Assembly: GCA_963717145.1 (NCBI GenBank)
Contig: OY970325.1
Span: 576,001 to 640,000, forward strand
From: an uncultured Armatimonadetes bacterium
Lineage (GTDB): Bacteria > Armatimonadota > UBA5829 > DTJY01
DNA length: 64,000 nucleotides
Reading direction: 5' to 3'
Shown here piece after piece: positions 25,946-35,620 of the stretch. Positions within the stretch are counted from its first letter, which is position 1; each line of letters starts with the position of its first letter. Under the pieces are notes generated by a model that saw nothing but the letters and a program-made list of their open reading frames with translations, made no database searches and was not told where the DNA came from. A program made the position numbers and the translations under genes.

Positions 25946-28900
25946 GGCCGCCCGCCGATTCGGTAGACCGCGACATCCTCCGCGTCCAACCCGACTTCGA
26001 ATGAAGCGGTCCGTGGTTTCCAGCGGACGGACTTGCCGGTCAGAACGTCGGTGAGTCCGCTCCTAAGAGTGACTTCTGATCGAGGATCAAGGGTGACGGT
26101 CACCGTCTTCCGAGTCGCGCTCGGATTGAAGACTGTGAGGTACAACGTCTTCCCGTCCCCGAACCTCTCGATCCAGACATCAGGATCATCGGTGCGGGCG
26201 AGAGTCACCGGCTGCCATCCCGCCTCGGCAACCTCGATGATCGTCGGGACATACTTCGCAAACACCGGTCGATGGCGGTTGACGACGATCGGATCGGCCC
26301 AATACCATCCGCCCGAGGGAGCGCCCTGGTTCGAGGGGAAAACGCCGTAGAAGAGACATCGCTTGACGTAACGGGTCTCCTCATCGACCGTGAGATCGGA
26401 GTACTGGAGCGCGCAATATGGCTTTCCGCGGCTCATGAACCGCGCGAAGTTGAACTCCGAATCGGGCCACGGTGACCATGTGCCGCCCGGCTTCCAGAAG
26501 AACTCGGTGCCCATGACGTCGAGATAGGGCGCGGCGAACGGCGTGACGGGCACGCAGTTTCCGAATGTCAGCCGATCGCCGGAGTGCATCCACTCGGCGA
26601 TGTGCTTTGCGAATGAGATGTGCGAGAAAACCTGTTGCATCGCGGGATTCCGTGCGCTGTCGAACGTGAGCGGCTCCTCGGTATGGAGCCAATGTGCGCG
26701 TCGGTAGTTCAGATTGGCCTCGTAGCACTCCATCGTGTCGAGGTAGACGCCATCGAGCCGGCAAGGAAGGAGTTCGGCTTCTTCGAAGCCGCCGTTCGCG
26801 AGGAAGTTGCGGCCCCCGACATCCAGACTGACATCGTCGAGCCAGAGGATGGTCGAATCGGGCGTCAACGCGGGAGTATCGAGCGAGACGGAGACGAACT
26901 TCGGAAGGCGATCGAGAGTGATCGAATGCGTTGACTTCTTCCATTCGCCGCTGAGGTCTTCGATCGCGAGTGATTCCGCCTTGCTCGTGCCCTCCTCAAA
27001 CCAGAACGTCACTCTCCATCGGAAGCCCGTCCCGCCGATGGGCATATCCTCGCCCCGAGCGCTGTAGGAGAGAGTGAACGGTCCGAGCGATTCGCCCTCA
27101 TACCGTATGATCTGGCTGATCCCCCGGAGGTACTGCTCGTACTGCGACTTCCCCTCGATAGGATCGAATCTGACCGACTGCTTCCCCGATGCCTTCTGCT
27201 CCGTATCGACCTCCAGAAACGGATGTGCCGAGACCCGCGCGAATGTCCATCCGGGGAGATCCCACTGACGGCTGACGGCCATCGTCTCGCGGATCACTTC
27301 ACGGTCCCAGCCGGATGCGTTCGGGTTGACGATCATCATGTTCTCGTTCCGTCCCTGAGGGCTGCGGAAGAAGTACCCTTGCGGATGAGTCCACTGGTCC
27401 TCGATGTAGCTCCCCAGGTATGCCGGATACCGCCTCCGAATGTCGAGAGGGAGCGAGCGGTCGTCCTCGTTAACGATCCGCTTTGCCAGATCGACCGAAC
27501 GCTGTGGAACAACCGCGCCGTGGACCTCATCGCCGATCTCCTGATGGTGGATCCACGGCTCGACGTACTGGAAGGCATACATCCCCTGGCGCTCATCCCA
27601 GCCCATGTGGCCGACCGACTCGAGGAACGCGAAATGGAAGTCCTCATGCTCGACGATCGCCGGCGGTGTCATGAACGGCAGCCAGATTCCCTGCTTCTCG
27701 ACGCGGTTTTCGAAGGCCCAGCCGAAGATGCGCTGATACTTCTCGGTCGCCCCTCGGAAGCCGTCCATGTAGGTGAACAGATAGGCGGTGAAAGAGCCTT
27801 TGTTCGCCCACAGACCCGCGTTCGGGCTCATGCCGATGTCGAAGCGGATCCGAAGCTCCTTGCGCTCGGCGTCGTATTCCGTCTGGAAGACTCGCGGCTC
27901 GGCGACTGATGTCCCGAGGGCGAGGCCGACGCCCTTTGCCGTCTCGATGCAGGCGATCGGGTAACGGCTGTTGTAGCCGTCACGCCCCGCGCCATACCAC
28001 TTGCCCGCGCGATAGAGCATCCCCGGCTCGATCTTCCGCTTCGTGCGCATATCATCCCACCAGACGCCTCCGATCGCGTCGAATGGGATGGCGACATATC
28101 CGCTGATCGCACGATCCACGGGCTGAGTGCTCTCGAATGAACATCCGACCTCGATGCAGTCGGGCTTCGGGCGGTAGGTCACGAGCCCCTTGAGAGATGA
28201 GGGCGCAATCTCGAACTCCTGAAGCACCGAGCCGTCGATCCGTCTGAGTGAACCCACGGGGGAGGAGATCCGGTAATCCGCCGGTTGAAGCTTCACATCC
28301 CGATACCACGCCGTGCACTTCCCGCCGGGGACGGAAAGGTCGAGGTCAACGGATTTCAAAGGCCGGTCGGGACAGATGATGCGCTTGTTGAACTGCGGGC
28401 TGTGATCGTATTGCCCGAAGTACGCCGACACCTCGGGCATCTTCGAGCCGTCGGAGTGGGAAACGTTCGCATTCAGCGCAAGGTTGCGGTTGATCCAGCC
28501 CAGCGCCTCACCCTCGAGGTGCGCCTGACACCAGCCGGACAGCACGAGCGGCTGAGCCTCGGTCTGGTTCACCTGCACCTGAGTCTTCGGACGGACTTCA
28601 TCCTCACCGGAGACGCGCATCCACTTGCCGGGATGACCGTTCGCCGATTCCTCAATCGATGCATCAGGAACCGACCAGTTCCCTGCGAGCAGATCGGGGG
28701 CATCCGGATCCTCGATCACTTCCTCGAAGCGGATGAGCGGCGCATACAAGGGAAAAGATGCCCCGCCGATCCGCAGTCTCTTCGCCTTCCCATCAGACTG
28801 GTCAAGCGACAGCTCCATGCGGTCGTCCGTCGAGAGTCGGATCGTCCCCGCCGTTTCCCGCAGGTTTGACTCCGCCGCGCACGATATCAGAGGCAGCGCC

Positions 28901-28962
28901 ACGGCAAGCAGAATGAGGAGGGCAAACATGAGCCGCCCGGGTTTCGTCATCTGAGACTCCAT
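25942..28962 (-). CDS. Large secreted hypothetical protein, probably glycan-active (CBM-like jelly-roll inserts)
   Basis: Signal peptide; NFLANGGFEE, WLDDVSL, DGVYLD, RCLFYGVFPS, AGWQPVTLA; 4-nt overlap with the downstream membrane gene. Confidence 0.6.
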   Translation of the reverse strand: MESQMTKPGRLMFALLILLAVALPLISCAAESNLRETAGTIRLSTDDRMELSLDQSDGKAKRLRIGGASFPLYAPLIRFEEVIEDPDAPDLLAGNWSVPDASIEESANGHPGKWMRVSGEDEVRPKTQVQVNQTEAQPLVLSGWCQAHLEGEALGWINRNLALNANVSHSDGSKMPEVSAYFGQYDHSPQFNKRIICPDRPLKSVDLDLSVPGGKCTAWYRDVKLQPADYRISSPVGSLRRIDGSVLQEFEIAPSSLKGLVTYRPKPDCIEVGCSFESTQPVDRAISGYVAIPFDAIGGVWWDDMRTKRKIEPGMLYRAGKWYGAGRDGYNSRYPIACIETAKGVGLALGTSVAEPRVFQTEYDAERKELRIRFDIGMSPNAGLWANKGSFTAYLFTYMDGFRGATEKYQRIFGWAFENRVEKQGIWLPFMTPPAIVEHEDFHFAFLESVGHMGWDERQGMYAFQYVEPWIHHQEIGDEVHGAVVPQRSVDLAKRIVNEDDRSLPLDIRRRYPAYLGSYIEDQWTHPQGYFFRSPQGRNENMMIVNPNASGWDREVIRETMAVSRQWDLPGWTFARVSAHPFLEVDTEQKASGKQSVRFDPIEGKSQYEQYLRGISQIIRYEGESLGPFTLSYSARGEDMPIGGTGFRWRVTFWFEEGTSKAESLAIEDLSGEWKKSTHSITLDRLPKFVSVSLDTPALTPDSTILWLDDVSLDVGGRNFLANGGFEEAELLPCRLDGVYLDTMECYEANLNYRRAHWLHTEEPLTFDSARNPAMQQVFSHISFAKHIAEWMHSGDRLTFGNCVPVTPFAAPYLDVMGTEFFWKPGGTWSPWPDSEFNFARFMSRGKPYCALQYSDLTVDEETRYVKRCLFYGVFPSNQGAPSGGWYWADPIVVNRHRPVFAKYVPTIIEVAEAGWQPVTLARTDDPDVWIERFGDGKTLYLTVFNPSATRKTVTVTLDPRSEVTLRSGLTDVLTGKSVRWKPRTASFEVGLDAEDVAVYRIGGRP

Positions 28963-29025
28963 GCGCAGATTATATCACACAAGCCGCCGCCGCGCTGTCC
29001 TCAATGCAGCAGCAGTTGGCTCATA

Positions 29026-29055
29026 TTGACAAACCGCGTGACGCGGTGCGATCAT
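29026..29055 (+). promoter_or_regulatory. Putative promoter with a palindromic operator in the spacer
   Basis: TTGACA followed by ACCGCGT-G-ACGCGGT (29033-29047); weak -10. Confidence 0.45.
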
Positions 29056-29074
29056 GGGTGCAGAGGTATATCCC

Positions 29075-30700
29075 ATGATCGCCAAAGCCGTCATCATACT
29101 TGTTCTCGCTCTCACCATCGCAAACCAGACCGTTGCCGGCTCGCAAGGCAGCTTCTTCGCCAAGAAGTCATACGTTTCCAAGCCGCTCCCGAAGTTCGAG
29201 ACGTCCCGCGTTCAGTTGCCGGCGCCGATCTACGACGAGAGGCCGCTCTTCGTGCAACTCTACTGGAAAGCCTGGGAACTCGCATTCCGAAACTTCTACG
29301 AGCCGACGCCACAGAACGGCTTCGTCTCGCAGTATATAGACGCAGCCTTCAACCAGAACATCTTCCTCTGGGACACTTGCTTCATGACTATGTTCTGCAA
29401 TGTCGCCCATCCGCTGACGCCGGGGATAGGTTCGCTCGACAACTTCTACGCCAAGCAGTACGAAGACGGCGAGATATGCCGCGAGATCAGCCGGACGACG
29501 GGCATCGATTACCATGAGTGGGTCAACCGAGAGGGCAGGGGGCTCTTCAGCCGATGGGGATGGAATACGGGCGAGGGGAGCCTGCCTGTGATCTACCGCG
29601 ATCGCACGGAGCCTGTGCCGCCGCCGATCCTGACTCTCGATGCGCTCGATCACCCGATATTCGCCTGGGCCGAACTGGAAAGCTACCGGGCAACAGGCGA
29701 TCTCGAGAGGCTCAAGCTCGTCTACGAGCCCCTGGTCCACTACTATGAGGCCCTTGAGAAGTACCTCCGCCAGGGGAACGGCCTGTACATCACCGACTGG
29801 GCGAGCATGGACAATTCGGCGCGCAATCCCTACCTCAAGAACGGCGGAACGGGCATCGACATCTCCTGCGAGATGGTGCTCTTCGCCCGTCAGCTCTCCT
29901 ATATCGCGAAGTTGATCGGCAAGCGGGCCGAATCGGACGACTTCGCCCGCCGGGCCGATGATACCGCCGGCATCATCAACCGGGAGATGTGGGACGGGCA
30001 GCGGAAGTTCTACTTCGACCTGACTCAGGAGGGCAAGCGCGCTCCGGTGAAGACAGTCGCAGCGTACTGGGCGCTGGTATCGAGGGTAGCCTCCCGTGAC
30101 CAGGCGCTCGCACTCGCCTCCGAACTCGGGAATCCCGCCACATTCGGCCGCCTGAACCGCGTGCCGACCCTCTCCGCCGACGAGCCGGGATACGATCCCG
30201 CAGGGGGATACTGGCAGGGCGCCGTCTGGTCGCCAACCGAGACGATGGTGATCCGCGGCCTGGAGAAGTATGGCTTCAACGACCTGGCGCGCCAGATTGC
30301 GATGGAGCACCTGGGCCTCGCGGGGGAGGTCTTCCGCAAGACCGGGACCGTCTGGGAGAACTATGCGCCCGACTCCCTCGAGCAGGGAAAGCCCGCGGGC
30401 GGAGACTTCGTCGGCTGGAGCGGTCTCGCCCCGATCCTTTATCTCATGGAATACGCAGTGGGCCTGAAGCCCGATGCCCCGAAGAACGAGTTGCTCTGGG
30501 ATCTCCGTTCGGATTTGCGAGTGGGATGCGAGAGATATCGCTTCAATGGACATGTCGTCTCACTGATCGCGGAACCGGGATCGACGAAGCCGCGGATCTC
30601 GGTCGAATCCGATGGCGCATTTAGTCTCCGCGTCGTGCGAGGCGCCAAGCAGAAGACATATGCAGTAAAGCCCGGCAAGCAGATCCTCGCCTTCCCGTAG
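29075..30700 (+). CDS. Secreted (alpha/alpha)6 glycoside hydrolase (trehalase/GH63/MGH1-like)
   Basis: IFLWDTCF, ASMDNSAR, MWDGQRKFYFD, YWQGAVW, VWENYAP, FVGWSG. Confidence 0.8.
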   Translation: MIAKAVIILVLALTIANQTVAGSQGSFFAKKSYVSKPLPKFETSRVQLPAPIYDERPLFVQLYWKAWELAFRNFYEPTPQNGFVSQYIDAAFNQNIFLWDTCFMTMFCNVAHPLTPGIGSLDNFYAKQYEDGEICREISRTTGIDYHEWVNREGRGLFSRWGWNTGEGSLPVIYRDRTEPVPPPILTLDALDHPIFAWAELESYRATGDLERLKLVYEPLVHYYEALEKYLRQGNGLYITDWASMDNSARNPYLKNGGTGIDISCEMVLFARQLSYIAKLIGKRAESDDFARRADDTAGIINREMWDGQRKFYFDLTQEGKRAPVKTVAAYWALVSRVASRDQALALASELGNPATFGRLNRVPTLSADEPGYDPAGGYWQGAVWSPTETMVIRGLEKYGFNDLARQIAMEHLGLAGEVFRKTGTVWENYAPDSLEQGKPAGGDFVGWSGLAPILYLMEYAVGLKPDAPKNELLWDLRSDLRVGCERYRFNGHVVSLIAEPGSTKPRISVESDGAFSLRVVRGAKQKTYAVKPGKQILAFP

Positions 30701-30711
30701 TGCCGCGCGGT

Positions 30712-30740
30712 TTGACACCTCCTGCTGCTTCTGTTAGAAT
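30712..30740 (+). promoter_or_regulatory. Sigma70-type promoter
   Basis: TTGACA-17 nt-TAGAAT with TG extension. Confidence 0.75.
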
Positions 30741-30774
30741 TCCGTAGCTACGCGAACGGAAGGGGAAACCTCAT

Positions 30775-31485
30775 ATGAGCGAACAGCTCGACGCGCTGTA
30801 CCAACTGCAACTCATCGACCTCGAATTGGATAAGTACAAGAAGGCCAAGGCCGCGCTGGACGACGGTTCAGCCAGGAAGGAACAGGTCGAGAGATGGCGC
30901 GCTCAGTCCGTCGAAGCTGATCGTCTCCTCCATGAAGCCGCAACCGAGCTTAGGGACAAGGAACTCACCGTCAAGTCCATCGAGGAGAAGAAGAAGCAGT
31001 TCCAGGACAAGATGTATTCCGGCAAAGTCTCGAATCCGAAGGAACTCTCCGGAATGAATGACGAGGTCAAGATGCTCGACCGTCAGCGTGGCAAGCTGGA
31101 GGAGCGCATGCTGGAACTGATGGAGATCGTCGAGGGGAGTAAGATCACCGCAGCCAATGCCGCCGAGAGCCTGAAGCAGCAGCAGGAGAAGCTCGATGCC
31201 TACCTTGCGAAGGTGGCGGAGAACAGCCGCATTCTGACGAAGAACATCGAGATACTCGCGCACCGTCGCGAAACCGCTGCGGGTCACATCGAGCCGGCAT
31301 TGCTCAAGCGCTATGAGGCTCTCCAGGCGCGCATCGGAGTCCTGGCGATCGGGAAAATCGAGGGCAACCAGTGCGGTGGATGCCATACCGGCCTTATGGT
31401 CTTCCAACTGCGGGAGTTGGAGCTGAATAAGGGCGTGGTCACCTGCGAGAACTGCGGTCGAATTCTGTTCAAGGAGAAGCAGTGA
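30775..31485 (+). CDS. Coiled-coil protein with C4 zinc ribbon (zf-RING_7/HP0958-like)
   Basis: LYQLQLIDLE, long coiled coil, CGGCH...TCENCGRIL. Confidence 0.88.
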   Translation: MSEQLDALYQLQLIDLELDKYKKAKAALDDGSARKEQVERWRAQSVEADRLLHEAATELRDKELTVKSIEEKKKQFQDKMYSGKVSNPKELSGMNDEVKMLDRQRGKLEERMLELMEIVEGSKITAANAAESLKQQQEKLDAYLAKVAENSRILTKNIEILAHRRETAAGHIEPALLKRYEALQARIGVLAIGKIEGNQCGGCHTGLMVFQLRELELNKGVVTCENCGRILFKEKQ

Positions 31486-32408
31486 TGGCGGGGCGAGCGA
31501 TCCTCGCGGTGGACGGCGCTGCGAAAGGCAACCCCGGTCCCGCCGGCATCGGAATCGTCATCAGCGATGAATCGGGCGCGGTCCTTAAGGAGATCGGCGA
31601 GTATATCGGCGAGGCGACCAACAACTGTGCAGAGTACACTGCGCTGATCCGAGGTCTCTCGGAAGTCAGCGGGATGGGGTTCTCGGAGGTCAGCGTCTAC
31701 ACGGACAGTGAGTTGATGGCTCGTCAGATCAATGGCCGTTACCAGGTGAGGTCGGAGGGCCTGATCCCATTGTGCGACGCTGCCCAGGGTCTTCTCCGGA
31801 AGTTCAAGTCAGCCACGATCGAGAACGTTCCCCGTGCGAAGAACAAGGCGGCTGATAAGCTTGCCAGCGCCGCCGCTCAGCAGCTCGCCCAGCCGGAACT
31901 CGCGTTGTTGGGGAGGGAGTTGGACTCCCTCCCCGCCTCAGGTACCGGGGAGGGAGTCCAACTCCCTCCCCAACAACGCTCCAAACCGGCGAAGAAGGCC
32001 AAACGAGAGGAATCCATGATCCAGCGTTTCACCGTTCACACCTCCCACAGGACCGAGTTCATCGAAATCACGCGTGAGGTCCAGGATGCAGTCAATTCGA
32101 GCGGCGTCACCGACGGAGTCTGCACAGTTTTCATCCCGCACTCGACTGCCGCCGTCACGATCAATGAGAACGCCGATGCCTACGTCATGAGGGACATCAT
32201 CGACATCCTCAACGCCCTTGTGCCCCAGTCGGCGGAATACCGTCACGTCGAAGGGAACGCGGACTCGCACGCCAAGGCGAGCCTCATCGGCTCATCGGTG
32301 AATGTGATCGTGGAGAACGGGAAGCTCTTGCTGGGGCAGTGGCAGGGGATCTACTTCTGCGAGTTCGACGGCCCCCGCACGAGGCAGGTCTTCGTCAGGG
32401 TGGGGTAA
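31482..32408 (+). CDS. RNase HI-like domain read through in frame into a YjbQ domain
   Basis: VDGAAKGNPGPAG, ATNNCAEY, YTDSELM, VPRAKNKAADKLA; then YjbQ (PHSTAAVTINE, YRHVEGNADSH, LGQWQGIYFCEFDGPR) with its own SD (GAGAGGA) and ATG at 32016. Confidence 0.85.
   Translation: MMAGRAILAVDGAAKGNPGPAGIGIVISDESGAVLKEIGEYIGEATNNCAEYTALIRGLSEVSGMGFSEVSVYTDSELMARQINGRYQVRSEGLIPLCDAAQGLLRKFKSATIENVPRAKNKAADKLASAAAQQLAQPELALLGRELDSLPASGTGEGVQLPPQQRSKPAKKAKREESMIQRFTVHTSHRTEFIEITREVQDAVNSSGVTDGVCTVFIPHSTAAVTINENADAYVMRDIIDILNALVPQSAEYRHVEGNADSHAKASLIGSSVNVIVENGKLLLGQWQGIYFCEFDGPRTRQVFVRVG
31902..31979. repeat. Family A palindromic doublet inside coding sequence (78 bp = 26 codons)
   Basis: gcgttgttggggagggagttggactccctcccc + 12 nt + exact reverse complement. 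Confidence 0.9.
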
Positions 32409-32426
32409 GCTGGGCGGATTAGACGG

Positions 32427-32461
32427 CAGTTGGGGAGGGAGTTCAACTCCCTCCCCAACTG
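32427..32461. repeat. Family A single palindrome between convergent genes (may act as terminator)
   Basis: cagttggggagggagtt-c-aactccctccccaactg. Confidence 0.85.
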
Positions 32462-32472
32462 TTGTTGGCCGA

Positions 32473-33111
32473 TCATTCGAGGTCGAACATCTCGGCCGTG
32501 ACCCGTCCGGACTCGAAACCATCCACGTGACCGTCGGCGAAAAGCACGTTCGCCTGGTCAAGATGCACCGCGTTGATCGGGGTCGGGACCTGGTCCGCGG
32601 GGGCCAGCCCTGGATCGAAGGGCGGCATGACAGTGCTTGCCGACACTCCACCGGTCCTGAAGCATGCATCGACGACCGGCGACTCGATCAGCAGCACCGT
32701 CTCGCTCGGTTTCGATGGCGAACTCTCGGTCTCCCACGCGAGCTGCTGGTTCATTCGGAAGCTGAGCCCCGTCTTGAACCGATCCGGGTCGGAGAAGCAG
32801 GCGAATACACCGCCCGTCTTGATGTACGGGTAGATCATGCCCTTCTCGACCACGATCGGAAGCGAATCGCCCGGGACCCAGTCGCCGCCCTCAGAGACGG
32901 CCTCCCCAGCGCCGGGGTACTTCTCCCAGTCGCCGAGGTAGCAGTGCATGGCGTAACCGAGCTGCCTGAGGTTGGACAGGCATTGGGTTTGGCGGCCCTT
33001 CTCTCTGACCGAGGCGAAAACCGGGAAGAGAATAGATGCTAGAATAAGAATAATCGCTATGACGACGAGAAGCTCGATCAGAGTGAAGCCTCTTGACTTT
33101 CTGTACTTCAT
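32473..33111 (-). CDS. Prepilin-type N-terminal cleavage/methylation protein with H-X9-DG C-terminal motif (DUF1559-like)
   Basis: [65 protein letters not shown]. Confidence 0.9.
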   Translation of the reverse strand: MKYRKSRGFTLIELLVVIAIILILASILFPVFASVREKGRQTQCLSNLRQLGYAMHCYLGDWEKYPGAGEAVSEGGDWVPGDSLPIVVEKGMIYPYIKTGGVFACFSDPDRFKTGLSFRMNQQLAWETESSPSKPSETVLLIESPVVDACFRTGGVSASTVMPPFDPGLAPADQVPTPINAVHLDQANVLFADGHVDGFESGRVTAEMFDLE

Positions 33112-33228
33112 GGAGATCACCTCCTTTCCGTACAGGACGATCGCACATGTGTTCGATTCCAACACCAGGTAACTGCGATCGTCTTCTACTGGTTATGACA
33201 CGCGGGGTCCGGAAAAGTTGCGGGGGGA

Positions 33229-33307
33229 GGGAGTATGGGAGTATGGGAGTGTGGGGGAGTGGGAGAGCAGGATTCCCCCATTCTCCCATACCCCCACACT
33301 CCCATAC
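33229..33307. repeat. Inverted octamer microsatellite element
   Basis: gggagtat gggagtat gggagtgt gggggagt ... cccattct cccatacc cccacact cccatac, directly after the lysS stop. Confidence 0.85.
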
Positions 33308-33308
33308 G

Positions 33309-34793
33309 CTATTTCTCCGGCTTGAGCTGCGGGAAGAGGATCACGTCGCGGATCGACGCGGAATCGGTGAACAGCATAATCAGCCGGTCGATGCCGACTC
33401 CGAGCCCGCCGGTCGGAGGCATCCCGTACTCCAACGCCCGCAGGAAGTCCTCGTCCATCGGGTGAGCCTCTTCGTCGCCGGACGCGCGCATCGCGCCCTG
33501 AGCCACGAACCGCTCGCGCTGGTCGATCGGATCGTTGATCTCAGAGAACGCGTTGCCCATCTCCTGCCCGATGATGTAGGGCTCGAACCGCCGAGTGAGC
33601 GACGGATCGTCCTGACGCTTCTTGGCGAGCGGCGAGATCTCGAGCGGGAAATCGGTGATGAACGTCGGCTGAATCAGGTTCGGCTGCATGAACCGCTCGT
33701 GGATCTTGTCGATGATTCCGCCGATCGTCGTCTCCTTCTCCATGTCGAGTCCGAGGCGTTCGCCGGCCGCCTTGGCGCTCTCCACCGATCGAAACTCCGC
33801 TGGTTCGATGCCCGAATACTGCTTGATCCCCTCCAGGAGCGGAAGGCGCTTCCACGGTGGGGTAAGGTCGACGGTCTGTCCCTGGTACGTGAGCGTGAGC
33901 CCGCCGTGGATACGCTCGCACACGAAGCAGAACAGGCGCTCCACCAGGTCCATGATGTCTTCGAGGTTCGCGTATGCCTGGTAAAGCTCCATCATCGTGA
34001 ACTCGGGATTGTGGCGGGTCGAGATGCCCTCGTTCCGGAAGACGCGGCCCATCTCGTAGACCTTGTCGAATCCGCCGACGATCAGCCGCTTGAGGTAAAG
34101 CTCAAGCGAGATCCTGAGGTGGAAAGTATGATCGAGCGCGTTGTGATACGTCAGGAACGGTCTCGCCGCCGCGCCGCCCGCGATCGCCTGCAGGACCGGC
34201 GTCTCGACCTCGATGAAATCCTCGGCGTTCAGGAACTCGCGGATCGCGTTGAGTATCCGGGTGCGCCTCAGCATCGTCTCCCTGACCTCGGGGTGCACGA
34301 TCAGATCGAGGTACCGCTGCCGATACCGCTGCTCGACATCGTGGAGGGTGTACCACTCCTCCTCGCCCTTCTGCTTGCCGATGGGGAGTGGGCGCAGTGA
34401 CTTTGCCAGGAACTCGAACTCTTCCGCGAAGACGGTGATCTCGCCGGTCCGCGTCTTGCCGACTTTGCCACGAACGCCGATGAAGTCGCCGACATCCATG
34501 TCGCGAACAAGCGCGTACTTGTCTTCGCCGATCGCATCGGTCTTGAGGTAGACCTGCATACGGGCGCCCGAGTCCTGGAGATGGGCGAACGACGCCTTGC
34601 CCATTGCACGGAACGATACTACTCGTCCTGCAATCGAGACGCTTTGCCCGTCAAGCTCGTCAGCGCGGTCGACAATCTCCTGGGCGGTGTGAGTCCGCTC
34701 GTAGCGCTCGATGGCAAACGGGTCGATGCCCTGCTCCCGCATTTGCCGGAGTTTCTCAAGCCGATGCTCGATCAGTTCGCTCTCTTCGTTCAC
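33309..34793 (-). CDS. lysS: Lysine--tRNA ligase (class II)
   Basis: RYRQRYLDL, GGAAARPF, FRNEGISTRHNPEFT, YGMPPTGGLGVGIDRL. Confidence 0.98.
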   Translation of the reverse strand: MNEESELIEHRLEKLRQMREQGIDPFAIERYERTHTAQEIVDRADELDGQSVSIAGRVVSFRAMGKASFAHLQDSGARMQVYLKTDAIGEDKYALVRDMDVGDFIGVRGKVGKTRTGEITVFAEEFEFLAKSLRPLPIGKQKGEEEWYTLHDVEQRYRQRYLDLIVHPEVRETMLRRTRILNAIREFLNAEDFIEVETPVLQAIAGGAAARPFLTYHNALDHTFHLRISLELYLKRLIVGGFDKVYEMGRVFRNEGISTRHNPEFTMMELYQAYANLEDIMDLVERLFCFVCERIHGGLTLTYQGQTVDLTPPWKRLPLLEGIKQYSGIEPAEFRSVESAKAAGERLGLDMEKETTIGGIIDKIHERFMQPNLIQPTFITDFPLEISPLAKKRQDDPSLTRRFEPYIIGQEMGNAFSEINDPIDQRERFVAQGAMRASGDEEAHPMDEDFLRALEYGMPPTGGLGVGIDRLIMLFTDSASIRDVILFPQLKPEK

Positions 34794-34819
34794 TTGCCTG
34801 CTCCTCTCACCTATATGTT

Positions 34820-34876
34820 GAACAGCGCATAGCCGGTTCCCTCCCTCTCGAGGGAGAGACCGGCCATGCGCTGTTC
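34820..34876. repeat. Long hairpin between greA and lysS
   Basis: gaacagcgcat.gccggt..ctccctc / gagggag..accggc.atgcgctgttc. Confidence 0.65.
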
Positions 34877-34907
34877 GTTGAAATCTATGCTTAGCCTGGT
34901 GGGGAAG

Positions 34908-35387
34908 CTACTTGGTGATCTTCACGATCTTCAAGTGCATCTCGCCTGCCGGTGTCTCGACGCTGAGCGTGTCGCCGACCTTTCTCTCCATCAAGGCCTC
35001 TCCGACGGGCGATTCATTCGAGATGCGGTCCTCAGCGGGATCCGCTTCGATCGAACCGACAATGGTATAGACCCACTGATCCTTCGTGTCCAGGTCGCGT
35101 ACTTTGACCTTGGATCCGATCCCGACGACATCTGTCGTGATGTCCTCATCCTGGAGGATCTGGACGTTCTGGAGAACACGCTTCAGCTCGATGATGCGGC
35201 CTTCGACGAAAGCCTGCTCATTCTTTGCATCCTCGTACTCGGAGTTCTCCGAAAGCTCGCCGAATTGCTTCGACTCCCTGATCCTCTCAGCGATCTCTCT
35301 TCTATGTACAGTGCGAAGGTGCTCCAGCTCCTGCTCGATCCGGTTGAAGCCCTCCGCAGTTATGACGAAATCGTTATCTGTAGTCAT
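34908..35387 (-). CDS. greA: Transcription elongation factor GreA
   Basis: FGELSENSEYEDAKNEQAFVEGRI, ISNESPVGEAL. Confidence 0.97.
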   Translation of the reverse strand: MTTDNDFVITAEGFNRIEQELEHLRTVHRREIAERIRESKQFGELSENSEYEDAKNEQAFVEGRIIELKRVLQNVQILQDEDITTDVVGIGSKVKVRDLDTKDQWVYTIVGSIEADPAEDRISNESPVGEALMERKVGDTLSVETPAGEMHLKIVKITK

Positions 35388-35416
35388 GTGGCCCATCCCT
35401 CAACCGCTCAATAATA

Positions 35417-35460
35417 TAAGCACTGATTGCCCCCACTTCTTCCTGAGCCACCAGTGCTTA
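35417..35460 (-). promoter_or_regulatory. Stem-loop in the greA leader, possible attenuator
   Basis: TAAGCACTGGT...ATCAGTGCTTA followed by TATTATT, between the promoter and the SD. Confidence 0.5.
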
Positions 35461-35489
35461 GAGTGCGCGCCGAGTCGTTTTTCGAAGGG

Positions 35490-35518
35490 ATTCTACCACA
35501 GAGACCGCCGTTTGTCAA
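35490..35518 (-). promoter_or_regulatory. Sigma70-type promoter of greA-lysS
   Basis: TTGACA-17 nt-TAGAAT with TGTGG extension. Confidence 0.8.
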
Positions 35519-35620
35519 ACATGTTTTTATGGGTAAACGCTGAAGATTGACACAGTCTGCAGCTTGTACACGTGATTGGGGCATGGTCCTCTGTGGGGGT
35601 GAGAAGCCACAAATGATGAA

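Noticed and set aside
33229-33307. CRISPR array (also considered for 2881-3028, 12125-12192, 14047-14092)
   Set aside because: Units are 6-20 bp, tandem or inverted, with no unique spacers and no cas genes
35520-35620. Riboswitch or additional RNA between the greA promoter and the 6S-like RNA
   Set aside because: A TTGACA is present but there is no good -10 and no recognisable aptamer
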